Below are positions 49,052-58,287 of a stretch of 64,000 nucleotides of DNA, piece by piece. The DNA comes from Devosia sp. GTDB lineage: Bacteria; Pseudomonadota; Alphaproteobacteria; Rhizobiales; Devosiaceae. The number at the start of each line of letters is the position of its first letter. Within the stretch, counting starts at the first letter, position 1. The DNA lies in contig DASZPY010000014.1 of the NCBI GenBank assembly GCA_035549855.1, forward strand, positions 1,015 to 65,014. Reading direction: 5' to 3'. Below the pieces are notes generated by a model, which worked only from the letters and a program-made list of their open reading frames with translations, searched no databases and was not told the DNA's origin. Position numbers and translations under genes: made by a program.

Positions 49052-49801
49052 GTGGATGCGGTCTTCAAGGCGCTGAGCGATCCCACGAGGCGCCAATTGC
49101 TCGACACCCTGCGCGACAGGGGCGGACTGACGCTCACCGAGCTTGAAGAAGGGCTCGGCATGACGCGGTTTGGGGTGATGAAGCACCTTCGGGTGCTGGA
49201 GGCTGCAAACCTCGTCGTGACCCGCCGGGATGGGCGGTTCAAGTATCACTATCTCAACGCGCTGCCGATCCAGGAGGTCGCAGATCGCTGGATGGCGCCC
49301 TATGGCAAGCCTCTGGCCCGGTTCGCGCTCGACATAAAAAACGCACTGCAGGAACGTCACATCATGGCCGACAAGTCCGACTACGTGCTCCAGACCTACA
49401 TTCGCACCACGCAGGATGCGCTGTGGGACGCACTCATCAATCCCGACAAGACCGCGCTCTACTATTACAAGGCCCGCATCAAGACCGACCTGAAGGTCGG
49501 CAGTCCCTTCCAGTATTTCGACGCCGAAGGCGGATTGATGCTGGATGGCGAGGTCGTCGAGGTGAAGCCGAAGACGAAACTCGTCACGACGTTCCTCGCC
49601 CCTTGGGCAGAGAATCCCAAACTGACGCGCGTGACCTTCGAGATCGAGCCTGCCGGCGATCTCTGCAAGTTCACGCTCACACATCACGACTACAAGGCAT
49701 CCAATGCCGGTGCGGATGCCGGCTGGAAGCTCATCGTGGATGGACTCAAGACCCTGCTCGAGACGGGCAAGCCGCTCAACGTTCCCGAGATGAGCGACTG
49801 A
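49052..49801 (+). CDS. ArsR-SRPBCC(AHSA1) fusion regulator
   Basis: FKALSDPTRR, MTRFGVMKHLRVLE, then YIRTT..LWDAL...GW...GLKTLLETG. Confidence 0.9.
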   Translation: MDAVFKALSDPTRRQLLDTLRDRGGLTLTELEEGLGMTRFGVMKHLRVLEAANLVVTRRDGRFKYHYLNALPIQEVADRWMAPYGKPLARFALDIKNALQERHIMADKSDYVLQTYIRTTQDALWDALINPDKTALYYYKARIKTDLKVGSPFQYFDAEGGLMLDGEVVEVKPKTKLVTTFLAPWAENPKLTRVTFEIEPAGDLCKFTLTHHDYKASNAGADAGWKLIVDGLKTLLETGKPLNVPEMSD

Positions 49802-49808
49802 ACAGGCT

Positions 49809-49835
49809 GGCGGCGCGGAGTCTTGCCGCGCCGCC
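49809..49835. terminator. GC-rich hairpin between convergent genes
   Basis: GGCGGCGCGG-AGTCTTG-CCGCGCCGCC; no clear U tract. Confidence 0.5.
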
Positions 49836-49842
49836 CGGCAAT

Positions 49843-51705
49843 CTATTCCGCCGCTTTGGCGTCGAGATCGAGGAAGCCACCCGACTGCCGCTCCCAGAGC
49901 TGGGCGTAGTGCCCTCCCCGGGCCAGCAGTTCGGCGTGAGTCCCCTCCTCCACGATCTGCCCGCGTTCCAGTACGACCAGCCGGTCCATCGCCGCGATCG
50001 TCGAAAGCCGGTGGGCGATTGCGATCACGGTCTTGCCCCGCATCAGGGTCGCCAACTGCTCCTGGATTGCCGCCTCCACTTCGCTGTCGAGCGCGGATGT
50101 GGCTTCGTCGAGGATCAGGATCGGCGCGTTCTTGAGCAGCACACGTGCAATCGCCACGCGCTGGCGCTGGCCGCCCGAGAGCTTCACCCCGCGTTCGCCG
50201 ACATGCGCGTCGTAGCCGCGCCGCCCGTGGGGATCGACCAATCCGGCGACGACCTCAGCAATTTTTGCCTGCTCGGCCGCTTGGAACATCTCGGCGTCGC
50301 TCGCCTCCTGCCGGCCATACTTGATGTTCTCGCGCACGGAGCGGTGCAGCAGCGACGTATCCTGACTGACCAGGCCGATGGCGGCGCGCACGCTTTGCTG
50401 TGTGACGTGCCGCACATCCTGTCCATCGATGCGGATCGATCCCGCTTCCACGTCGAACAGACGCAAAGCGAGATTGACGAGCGTCGATTTGCCAGCGCCG
50501 GACCGGCCAACCAGACCGACCTTCTCGCCCGGGGCGATACGCAGGTTGAAGCGCTCCATGACGGTGCCTTCCTTGCCGCGCCAGTAGTTGAAGGTCACGT
50601 CGTCGAAGACGATCTCGCCTTTGCTGACTGAGAGCTCAGGTGCACCAGGGTCATCGAGCAGCGTGATCGGCTGCGCGATCGTGTCCATCGAGTCCCGCAC
50701 CGTGCCCAGCTGCCTGAAAATGTTGGAGCCGATCTCGAGGATCCAGCCCGACATGTTCATGATCTGGAGCGCGAAGGGTATGGCCGTGGCCACGGCCGCC
50801 GCGTTGAGCACGCCGTTGTTCCAGCCCGCCAACGCGATCCACGTGATCGAGACGACGAGCCCCGCATTGAGGATGAATAGCGTCGACCACATATAGGTGA
50901 AGACGCGCATCAGCTTCCAATACTCACCCGTGTGGAGATGCACGGATTCGGCGACGTAGCGGTCCTCATGGTCGCCGGTCGAGAAGGTCTTGAGCGTCTG
51001 GATGTTGGTGTAGCTGTCCACCATTCGCCCCGTCATCACCGACTTGGCGTCGGACAGCAGCTCGGAGTGGCGGGCGATCAGCGGCATCGTGATCGAGAAC
51101 AGGATGCCGTAGAGCACCAGCCACACGGCGATGGGGACCAGCAGCATCCAGTTGAGGCCGGCCAGCACGACCACCGCGACCACGACGAACACCGCGGCAT
51201 ACCACACCGCGTCCACAGCCGAATTGACCGCGCTTTCCAGCGCCTCGCCGCTCTGCAGCACCTTGTTGCTGATGCGGCCGGCAAAGTCGTTCTGGAAGAA
51301 CGTCCAGCTCTGCCGGATGATGTGCCAATGGCTCTGCCAGCGCACCCGATTGACGAGACTTGGCGCCAGCGCGTGGTTGCGTACCAGGGTGTCGAGCACG
51401 AAGGTGATCGGCCGGACCAGCGCGACCACGGCAATCATCGCCACAAGGGTCGGCCAGTGCGCCGAGAACATTTCGCCCCGGCGCGTCGAATCCAGAAATC
51501 CAACGACAATGCCGACGAAGATCGGGAACATGGCGTCGGCCGTCGAGCCGACCGCAACGAGGCCGAGCCGGATCAGGAAGGCAGCGCGGAACTGCCGGAT
51601 GAAATAGAAGCAGAAATCCCACAATCCATTGGGAGGTTGCGGGTTGGCCGCGATGGCGACGGGCGAATAACGGCCGTCGAACCAGGCGAGGATGCGATTG
51701 AACAT
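49843..51705 (-). CDS. ABC exporter, fused TMD-NBD (multidrug-type)
   Basis: FQNDFAGRI, GRSGAGKS, LSGGQRQR, LDEATSALD; start MFNRILAWF chosen by analogy to the paralogue. Confidence 0.92.
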   Translation of the reverse strand: MFNRILAWFDGRYSPVAIAANPQPPNGLWDFCFYFIRQFRAAFLIRLGLVAVGSTADAMFPIFVGIVVGFLDSTRRGEMFSAHWPTLVAMIAVVALVRPITFVLDTLVRNHALAPSLVNRVRWQSHWHIIRQSWTFFQNDFAGRISNKVLQSGEALESAVNSAVDAVWYAAVFVVVAVVVLAGLNWMLLVPIAVWLVLYGILFSITMPLIARHSELLSDAKSVMTGRMVDSYTNIQTLKTFSTGDHEDRYVAESVHLHTGEYWKLMRVFTYMWSTLFILNAGLVVSITWIALAGWNNGVLNAAAVATAIPFALQIMNMSGWILEIGSNIFRQLGTVRDSMDTIAQPITLLDDPGAPELSVSKGEIVFDDVTFNYWRGKEGTVMERFNLRIAPGEKVGLVGRSGAGKSTLVNLALRLFDVEAGSIRIDGQDVRHVTQQSVRAAIGLVSQDTSLLHRSVRENIKYGRQEASDAEMFQAAEQAKIAEVVAGLVDPHGRRGYDAHVGERGVKLSGGQRQRVAIARVLLKNAPILILDEATSALDSEVEAAIQEQLATLMRGKTVIAIAHRLSTIAAMDRLVVLERGQIVEEGTHAELLARGGHYAQLWERQSGGFLDLDAKAAE

Positions 51706-51739
51706 TTGGGTCTCATCGGAGTGAGAACCCGGCCGAAAC

Positions 51740-51829
51740 TCAGCTGCGGGTTCGCGTGAAGGATTTTCGCTTGCGGATGTGCCGGTTGATATGGCGGCCG
51801 GCATCGCGCGTTCCATTCATGCTTTCCAT
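51740..51829 (-). CDS. Putative basic leader peptide MESMNGTRDAGRHINRHIRKRKSFTRTRS
   Basis: AAGGAG-7 nt-ATG; stop 34 nt before the exporter start; alternative hairpins. Confidence 0.55.
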   Translation of the reverse strand: MESMNGTRDAGRHINRHIRKRKSFTRTRS

Positions 51830-51872
51830 CGGGAGTCTCCTTGGTTGACCCGCAGATGCGGGTGTTGAGTTC

Positions 51873-53720
51873 CTATTCCGCCGCTTCTTCGACGATGTCG
51901 GCGTCGATGAAGCCGCCCGACTGGCGCTGCCAGAGGCGGGCGTAGATTCCGTTTTGCGCGAGCAGTTCGGCGTGGCTTCCCTGCTCGACGATGCGTCCCT
52001 GCTCGATAACGACGAGCCGGTCGAGGGCCGCGATGGTTGAGAGGCGGTGCGCGATGGCAATCACCGTCTTGCCGCGCATCAGCGTCTGCAGCTGGCCCTG
52101 GATTGCGGCTTCGACCTCGCTGTCGAGCGCGGAGGTGGCCTCGTCCAGCACCAGGATCGGCGCATTCTTGAGCAGGACGCGTGCGATGGCGATGCGCTGG
52201 CGCTGGCCGCCGCTGAGTTTCACGCCGCGCTCGCCCACATGGGCATCGTAGCCGGTGCGGCCTTTTGCGTCGGCGAGGCTTTCGATGAAGTCGTGTGCTT
52301 CGGCGAGCTTGGCCGCAGCAATTATCTCCGCCTCGGTCGCATCCGGCCGGCCATAGGTGATGTTGTCGCGCACCGAGCGATGGAGCAGCGACGTGTCCTG
52401 CGTCACCACACCGATATTCTCGCGCAGTGTGTCCTGCTGGACCTCGGCGATATCGGTGCCGTCGATCAGGATCCGGCCGCTCTCGCGGTCATAGAAGCGC
52501 AGCAGCAGATTGACCACGGTCGACTTGCCCGCGCCAGAACGGCCGACAAGTCCGACCTTCTCGCCCGACTTGATGTGAAGGTCCAACCCTTCGATCACGC
52601 CACTCTTCTTGCCGTAGTGGAACGAGACATTATCGAAGACGATGTCGCCCTTGTTCACGGTCAGCGCCGGCGCGCCCGCCCTGTCGCTCACCACGCGCGG
52701 AAGCGAGATCGACGAGATCCCGTCGCGGACGGTGCCGATATTCTCGAAGAGCTGAGTCATTTCCCACATGACCCATTGGCTCATGCCCTGGAAGCGCATG
52801 ACCAGGGCGACCGAAACCGCAATGGCCCCCGGTGTCATCTGTCCATTGGTCCACAGCCAGATGCCGAGTCCCGCCGTCACCAGAAGCAGGCTCATGTTGA
52901 GCCCATATATGCCGTAGTTCAGCAGGCTGAACATGCGCATCTGCCGGTAGACGGTGCCGAGGAAATCGTCCATCGACTCCTTGGCGTAGCTCTCCTCGCG
53001 GCTCGAATGGGAGAACAGCTTGACCGTCGCGATGTTGGTGTAGCTGTCGACGACTCGACCGGTCATCATCGAGCGGGCATCTGCCTGCAGCTCCGATACC
53101 TTGCCCAGCCGGGGAATATAGTGGCGCAGCAGCAGCGAATAGAGCGCGAGCCAGGCGAGGAACGGGATGGCGAGACGCCAGTCGTTCGTCGCCGCGAGGA
53201 TCACCGCACCGATGAAATAGACGCCGACATAGACCACCACGTCGAGCAGCTTCATCATCACTTCGCGTACGGCGAGCGAGGTCTGCATGAGCTTGGCGGC
53301 GATGCGGCCGGCGAACTCGTCCTGGAAATAGCTCATCGACTGCCGCAGCAGATAGCGATGGCTCATCCAGCGGATGCGCTGCGGGAAATTGCCGAGCAGC
53401 GTCTGGTGGACGATGAAGCTGTTGAGCGTCACCAGCACGAAGAGGCCGAGCAGGAACACGGCCATGAAGAGGAGCGTGCCGCCCTCGCGCGCAAAGAAGC
53501 TCGCTGGTTCCGCTCCGCTCAGCCAGTCGACGATCTTGCCGAGGAAGCCATAGACGAACACTTCGCCCGCCGCGATCGTCGCCGACAGGGCCGCCATCGC
53601 CAGCAGCCAGCGTTTCGCGCCCTTCGAATAATGCAGGCAGAACGCGACAAGGCCCCGGGGCGGCTGCTCCGGTTCATCGGGCGGATAGGGATCGAGGCGG
53701 CGTTCGAACCAGCCAAACAT
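51873..53720 (-). CDS. ABC exporter, fused TMD-NBD (multidrug-type)
   Basis: MFGWFE..., FQDEFAGRI, complete NBD motifs. Confidence 0.93.
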   Translation of the reverse strand: MFGWFERRLDPYPPDEPEQPPRGLVAFCLHYSKGAKRWLLAMAALSATIAAGEVFVYGFLGKIVDWLSGAEPASFFAREGGTLLFMAVFLLGLFVLVTLNSFIVHQTLLGNFPQRIRWMSHRYLLRQSMSYFQDEFAGRIAAKLMQTSLAVREVMMKLLDVVVYVGVYFIGAVILAATNDWRLAIPFLAWLALYSLLLRHYIPRLGKVSELQADARSMMTGRVVDSYTNIATVKLFSHSSREESYAKESMDDFLGTVYRQMRMFSLLNYGIYGLNMSLLLVTAGLGIWLWTNGQMTPGAIAVSVALVMRFQGMSQWVMWEMTQLFENIGTVRDGISSISLPRVVSDRAGAPALTVNKGDIVFDNVSFHYGKKSGVIEGLDLHIKSGEKVGLVGRSGAGKSTVVNLLLRFYDRESGRILIDGTDIAEVQQDTLRENIGVVTQDTSLLHRSVRDNITYGRPDATEAEIIAAAKLAEAHDFIESLADAKGRTGYDAHVGERGVKLSGGQRQRIAIARVLLKNAPILVLDEATSALDSEVEAAIQGQLQTLMRGKTVIAIAHRLSTIAALDRLVVIEQGRIVEQGSHAELLAQNGIYARLWQRQSGGFIDADIVEEAAE

Positions 53721-53931
53721 GTAGTCACCTGACAATGCGAGAGAGGCGCAAGACTTGACGCGGATGGGCTCCGCAGGCTTGTTGCGCGCTGGCGCCGCCG
53801 GCCCTTCCCAATGCCGCCGGATTTGGCGGGCATTGAGACAGGGCCGGTCGAACCAGCCGGTCAGAATATAAGAAGATTCGCGGTTCTGGCTGTAGCCGGC
53901 CCGCAACACTCGTGGCGACTGGAGTTCCGGG

Positions 53932-56568
53932 ATGCGGATCGAAACCGAACATACGATCTATCTCAAGGATTACGCGCCGAGCCCCTATGTCATCGACAGG
54001 GTCGAGCTCGACATCGCGATCCGCCCCGATACGAGTCGGGTGCGCGCATTGCTGACGGTCTCGCCGCGCCCGGAGACGGCGCCCGGCACGGCGCTGGTGC
54101 TCGATGGCGACGAGCTCAAACTCGGCAGCATCGCGATCGACGGCTTCCCGATGGAACTCACTGCCTATGAGGTCGCCGAGACGACGCTGACGATCCTGCA
54201 GCCGCCCAACCGGACCTTCGTGCTCGAGACCGAAGTGACGCTGGAGCCGGAGAAGAACGTCAAGCTGATGGGGTTCTATCGTTCGGGCGGCACCTGGTGC
54301 ACACAGTGCGAGCCCGAGGGCTTCCGCCGCATCACCTGGTATCTCGACCGTCCCGACATCCTCGCGCCGTTCAAGGTGACGATGACGGCCGAGAAATCGC
54401 TGGCGCCTGTGCTTCTCGCCAATGGCAATCTCGTGGACCGGGGCGAGCTCGGCGACGGCCGGCACTATGCCGTTTGGGAGGACCCCTTCCCCAAGCCGTC
54501 CTATCTCTTCGCGATGGTCGCCGGCGATCTCGGCTCGATCCATGACGAATTCACCACGGCCTCGGGCCGCAAGGTCGCGCTCGGCATCTATTGCACGCAT
54601 GGCAAGGAGAGCGAGTGCCTGTGGGCAATGGACTCCCTCAAGCGTTCGATGGCGTGGGACGAGCGGCGCTTTGGGCGCGAATACGATCTCGACATCTTCA
54701 ACATCGTCGCCGTGTCCGATTTCAACTTCGGCGCAATGGAGAACAAGGGCCTCAACATCTTCAACGACAAACTGGTGTTCGCGAGCCCCGAGACGGCGAC
54801 CGACGACGATTTCTACAATGTCGAGCGTGTCATCGCGCATGAGTATTTCCACAACTGGACCGGCGACCGCATCACCTGCCGCGACTGGTTCCAACTCTGC
54901 CTCAAGGAAGGGCTCACGGTCTATCGCGACCAGGAGTTCACCTCCGACGAGCGCTCGCGCCCGGTGAAGCGCATCGGCGACGTGCGCACGCTGCGCGCGA
55001 CGCAGTTCGTCGAGGACAGCGGTCCCCTCGCCCATGCGGCGCGGCCCGACAGCTATCGCGAGATCAACAATTTCTACACGACCACGGTCTACGAGAAGGG
55101 CGCCGAGATCGTGCGCATGCTGGCGACGCTTCTCGGCGAAGCCGGCTTCCGCAAGGGCATGGACCTCTATTTCGAGCGCCATGACGGCGATGCGACGACC
55201 ATCGAAGCCTTCATCAAGGTGTTCGAGGATGCCAACCAGGTCGACCTCACGCACTTCCAGCAATGGTATCTGCAGGCGGGCACGCCCGAAGTCACCATCA
55301 GCGACAACTACGACGCTGCGGCGCAGACCTATACGCTGAACGTCAGCCAGAAGGTCGCGCCTACCCCCGGCCAGCCGGACAAGCAGCCGATGGTGCTGCC
55401 GATCAAGTTCGGACTCATCGGCCCCAATGGCTCGCCAATGGGCTGGACCAGCGCGTCGGGCGATGTGCGCGACGATTTGATCGTGGTCGAAGGCGACAGT
55501 GCGACGATCGAGTTCAAGGGCGTGCCCAACAAGCCGGTGCCCTCGCTGTTCCGCGAGTTCTCGGCGCCGGTGAAGATCACGAGCAATGCGACGCAGGCGG
55601 ATCGCCTGTTTCTTGCGCGCCACGACAGCGATCCATTCAATCGGTGGCAGGCGCTGCAGGATGTGGCGATGTCGCTGCTGGTCGATGCGGCAGGTGGCAA
55701 GTCCTGGTCCGGCAGCGACGCGGCGGCTCTTGCCGATGCGCTCGAGGACACCATCACGTCCAAATCGCTCGATCCAGCGTTCAAGGCGCTCGCGCTCTCC
55801 CTGCCCTCCGAGACGATCATTGCCCGCACGATCGGCAACGACATCGATCCCGACAAGATCCATGATGTCCGCCGCGCCCTCATCACCGAATTGGTGAGCC
55901 GCCTCGGGCCGGTGCTCGAGGCCGCGCATGCCGAAAGCGGTAAGCATGCGTCCTATGCGCCCGATGCGGTGCAATCGGGCGAGCGTGCCCTCCGCAACAC
56001 GGCGCTGCACCTGCTCGTCACCGGCGGCGCCGCGAACGGGCCGCGCCTCGCGAGCGAGCAATATCGCAATGCCAACAACATGACCGACCGCTTCGCGGCG
56101 CTCGGTGCGGCCGTCGTGGGCTGGACGGCGGATGCCGAAGCATTGCTCGGCGATTTCCGCGTCCTCTATGCCGGCGATCCGCTGGTCTTCGACAAATGGC
56201 TCTCGCTCAATGCGGCAGCAGCGGAGCCCGGCGTCATCGCGCGGATGGAGGCGATCCTCGCCGATCCGTCTTTCCCGAAATCCAACCCCAACAGGTTGCG
56301 CGCACTGGTGGGCACGTTCGGCATGGGCAACCCCACGCAATTCGCGCGCGCCGATGGCGCGGGCTTCCGCTTCGTCGCCAATTTCGTCGCCGATGTGGAT
56401 ACGCGCAATCCGCAGGTCGCGGCGCGGGTGCTGACGGCGTTCCGAGTCTGGCGAAGCTATGAATCGGTGCGCCGCGCGGCGGCCGAAACGGCGCTCAAAT
56501 CGCTCCGCGATTCGGGCGGGCTGAGCCGCAATACAGCGGACATTCTGGAGCGGACGCTGGCCGGTTAA
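53932..56568 (+). CDS. pepN: Aminopeptidase N
   Basis: TQCEPEGFRRIT, GAMENK, HEYFHNWTG, KEGLT. Confidence 0.97.
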   Translation: MRIETEHTIYLKDYAPSPYVIDRVELDIAIRPDTSRVRALLTVSPRPETAPGTALVLDGDELKLGSIAIDGFPMELTAYEVAETTLTILQPPNRTFVLETEVTLEPEKNVKLMGFYRSGGTWCTQCEPEGFRRITWYLDRPDILAPFKVTMTAEKSLAPVLLANGNLVDRGELGDGRHYAVWEDPFPKPSYLFAMVAGDLGSIHDEFTTASGRKVALGIYCTHGKESECLWAMDSLKRSMAWDERRFGREYDLDIFNIVAVSDFNFGAMENKGLNIFNDKLVFASPETATDDDFYNVERVIAHEYFHNWTGDRITCRDWFQLCLKEGLTVYRDQEFTSDERSRPVKRIGDVRTLRATQFVEDSGPLAHAARPDSYREINNFYTTTVYEKGAEIVRMLATLLGEAGFRKGMDLYFERHDGDATTIEAFIKVFEDANQVDLTHFQQWYLQAGTPEVTISDNYDAAAQTYTLNVSQKVAPTPGQPDKQPMVLPIKFGLIGPNGSPMGWTSASGDVRDDLIVVEGDSATIEFKGVPNKPVPSLFREFSAPVKITSNATQADRLFLARHDSDPFNRWQALQDVAMSLLVDAAGGKSWSGSDAAALADALEDTITSKSLDPAFKALALSLPSETIIARTIGNDIDPDKIHDVRRALITELVSRLGPVLEAAHAESGKHASYAPDAVQSGERALRNTALHLLVTGGAANGPRLASEQYRNANNMTDRFAALGAAVVGWTADAEALLGDFRVLYAGDPLVFDKWLSLNAAAAEPGVIARMEAILADPSFPKSNPNRLRALVGTFGMGNPTQFARADGAGFRFVANFVADVDTRNPQVAARVLTAFRVWRSYESVRRAAAETALKSLRDSGGLSRNTADILERTLAG

Positions 56569-56679
56569 TGAAATCCTAAAATTTTCTTCGCGGCCTAAGT
56601 GATTCAGCCGACTCACGTTTTTCGTCCCGCCCACAGCTTCGCGCAGCGCACCCACTGGACACTCGCAAGAGCTTGATTC
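56563..56679 (+). promoter_or_regulatory. CtrA-like box plus three GANTC sites upstream of the PleC-like kinase
   Basis: GGTTAA-N7-CTAA (56563-79); GATTC at 56601, GACTC at 56610, GATTC at 56675. Confidence 0.45.
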
Positions 56680-56724
56680 ACATTCGCTTTTACGGGCGTT
56701 TGGCGGGGCGTTCTTCCCGAATAC

Positions 56725-58287
56725 ATGGCGAGGAACTTGATGCGGTCGACGGAGACATCCGGCGTCGGGACGGATGGATTCAGCTTTGCGCATGGGCATC
56801 GGCCCGTGCCCAGGTCGCGGCTCCGCCGCACGCTTGAAGCCTGGTTTGCGCTGGTTTCTCCTATCACGCTCGCGGTCGCGCTGACCGGCCTGCTGGCTGC
56901 CACGCTGTTCGTGGTTGCCGACACCTTCCGTACGCTCGATGAGCTCCGGCATCGCGCGGCAATCGTCGAGCGGCTGGCTGCGGCACAGCCGTTGCTGGCC
57001 CGGCAGTTCGCTGCCGGTGCGCTCGATCCGGCGATCGGCGAGACCGACACGGCTGATGCGATGGCCGGCGTGGCGCAGCGGGGTGCGGCCGCCTATGCGC
57101 TTGCCCTGCTGCTTGCCGGCGCGGCATTCCGGCGTCGTGCGCTGCCGGTCTCGCGGGATGAGCGCGAACATCTGAGCGATTTGCTCTCGACGATCCCCTT
57201 CGGCGTCGCGTGCTGGACGCGCGATGGCCGCCTCATCGTCTGCAACGAGCAATATCGGGCGCGGCTTAACGCCCGAGACAGCGACCTTCGTCCCGGCAGC
57301 CACTACAAGGCCTCCGTCCTGCGCCTGATCGCGGGCGGCCACATGCAGCTCATCAGCGAGGACGAGTCCAACCGCGTGCTGGAACTGCATCGTGCCGATG
57401 GTTCCTGCCTGATGATCGACGAGCGCCCGATGGCGGAAGGCGGGTTCGTCACGCTCCTCACCGACGTCACCGAGCGCCGCCGCACTGATCATTTGCTGAC
57501 CTCGATCCGCGAGGAGCAGCGGGTGCTCGCCCGCCGCTACCACGAGGAGAAGCTCAAGGCCGAAGCGGCGAGCCGGTCGAAGACCGCCTTCCTCGCCCAT
57601 CTCAGCCACGACATCCGCACACCCCTCAATCACATCATCGGCTTCGCCGATCTCATGCGCCACCAGACCTACGGACCGCTGGGGGACGAGCGCTACGAGA
57701 CCTATGTGGAGTCGATCAAATCCTCGGGCGACCGGCTGCTGGCCTTCTTCGCCTCGATCCTCGATCTCGCCGAGCTCGAAAGCGGCGACCGCGTGATGCA
57801 GCAGGAAGAGCTGGCGGTCGATGATCTGCTGGTCGGCGTTGCTCGCCGCTTCTCGGCGCAGGCACAGCGCGCCGGCCTTACCCTCGCGCTCAGCCGTCCA
57901 TGCGGCGCGGCATTGCGCGGCGACCGTTTCGCGCTCGAGCGCGTGCTGTCCAATCTCGTCGACAATGCGATACGCTTCACGCCGGCGGGCGGCCGTATCA
58001 GCATCGCCGGCTACGCGGGCGAGGACGGTGTCGTGCTCGAAATCACCGACACGGGGATCGGCATGGCCCCGGAGAAGGTCTCCGCGCTGTCGCAGCCCTT
58101 CGCCTTCTCCGATGCGTCGCTGGCGCGGGACCGCGAGGGACCGGGTCTCGGCCTCGCCATCGCGCGTACGATTGTGGGGTTGAGCGGCGGCAATCTCGTG
58201 ATCGACAGCCGGTTGGGACTCGGCACGACGGTCGCCGTATCGCTACCGCTCAGCACTTCGCGCCTGCAGATCGTCCGCGCCGCCTAG
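56725..58287 (+). CDS. PAS-domain sensor histidine kinase, short divergent PleC-like
   Basis: Two TMs, PAS, SHDIRTPLNHIIGF, NLVDNA, DTGIG, GLGL; lies between pepN and glnE. Confidence 0.85.
   Translation: MARNLMRSTETSGVGTDGFSFAHGHRPVPRSRLRRTLEAWFALVSPITLAVALTGLLAATLFVVADTFRTLDELRHRAAIVERLAAAQPLLARQFAAGALDPAIGETDTADAMAGVAQRGAAAYALALLLAGAAFRRRALPVSRDEREHLSDLLSTIPFGVACWTRDGRLIVCNEQYRARLNARDSDLRPGSHYKASVLRLIAGGHMQLISEDESNRVLELHRADGSCLMIDERPMAEGGFVTLLTDVTERRRTDHLLTSIREEQRVLARRYHEEKLKAEAASRSKTAFLAHLSHDIRTPLNHIIGFADLMRHQTYGPLGDERYETYVESIKSSGDRLLAFFASILDLAELESGDRVMQQEELAVDDLLVGVARRFSAQAQRAGLTLALSRPCGAALRGDRFALERVLSNLVDNAIRFTPAGGRISIAGYAGEDGVVLEITDTGIGMAPEKVSALSQPFAFSDASLARDREGPGLGLAIARTIVGLSGGNLVIDSRLGLGTTVAVSLPLSTSRLQIVRAA

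Noticed and set aside
51706-51816. N-terminal extension MERAMPAA... of the second exporter
   Set aside because: Absent from the paralogue, and the strong RBS in this spacer serves a different frame (the sORF).
53725-57663. 1312-aa minus-strand ORF
   Set aside because: Antisense shadow of pepN and the kinase; no motifs; typical of high-GC codon bias.
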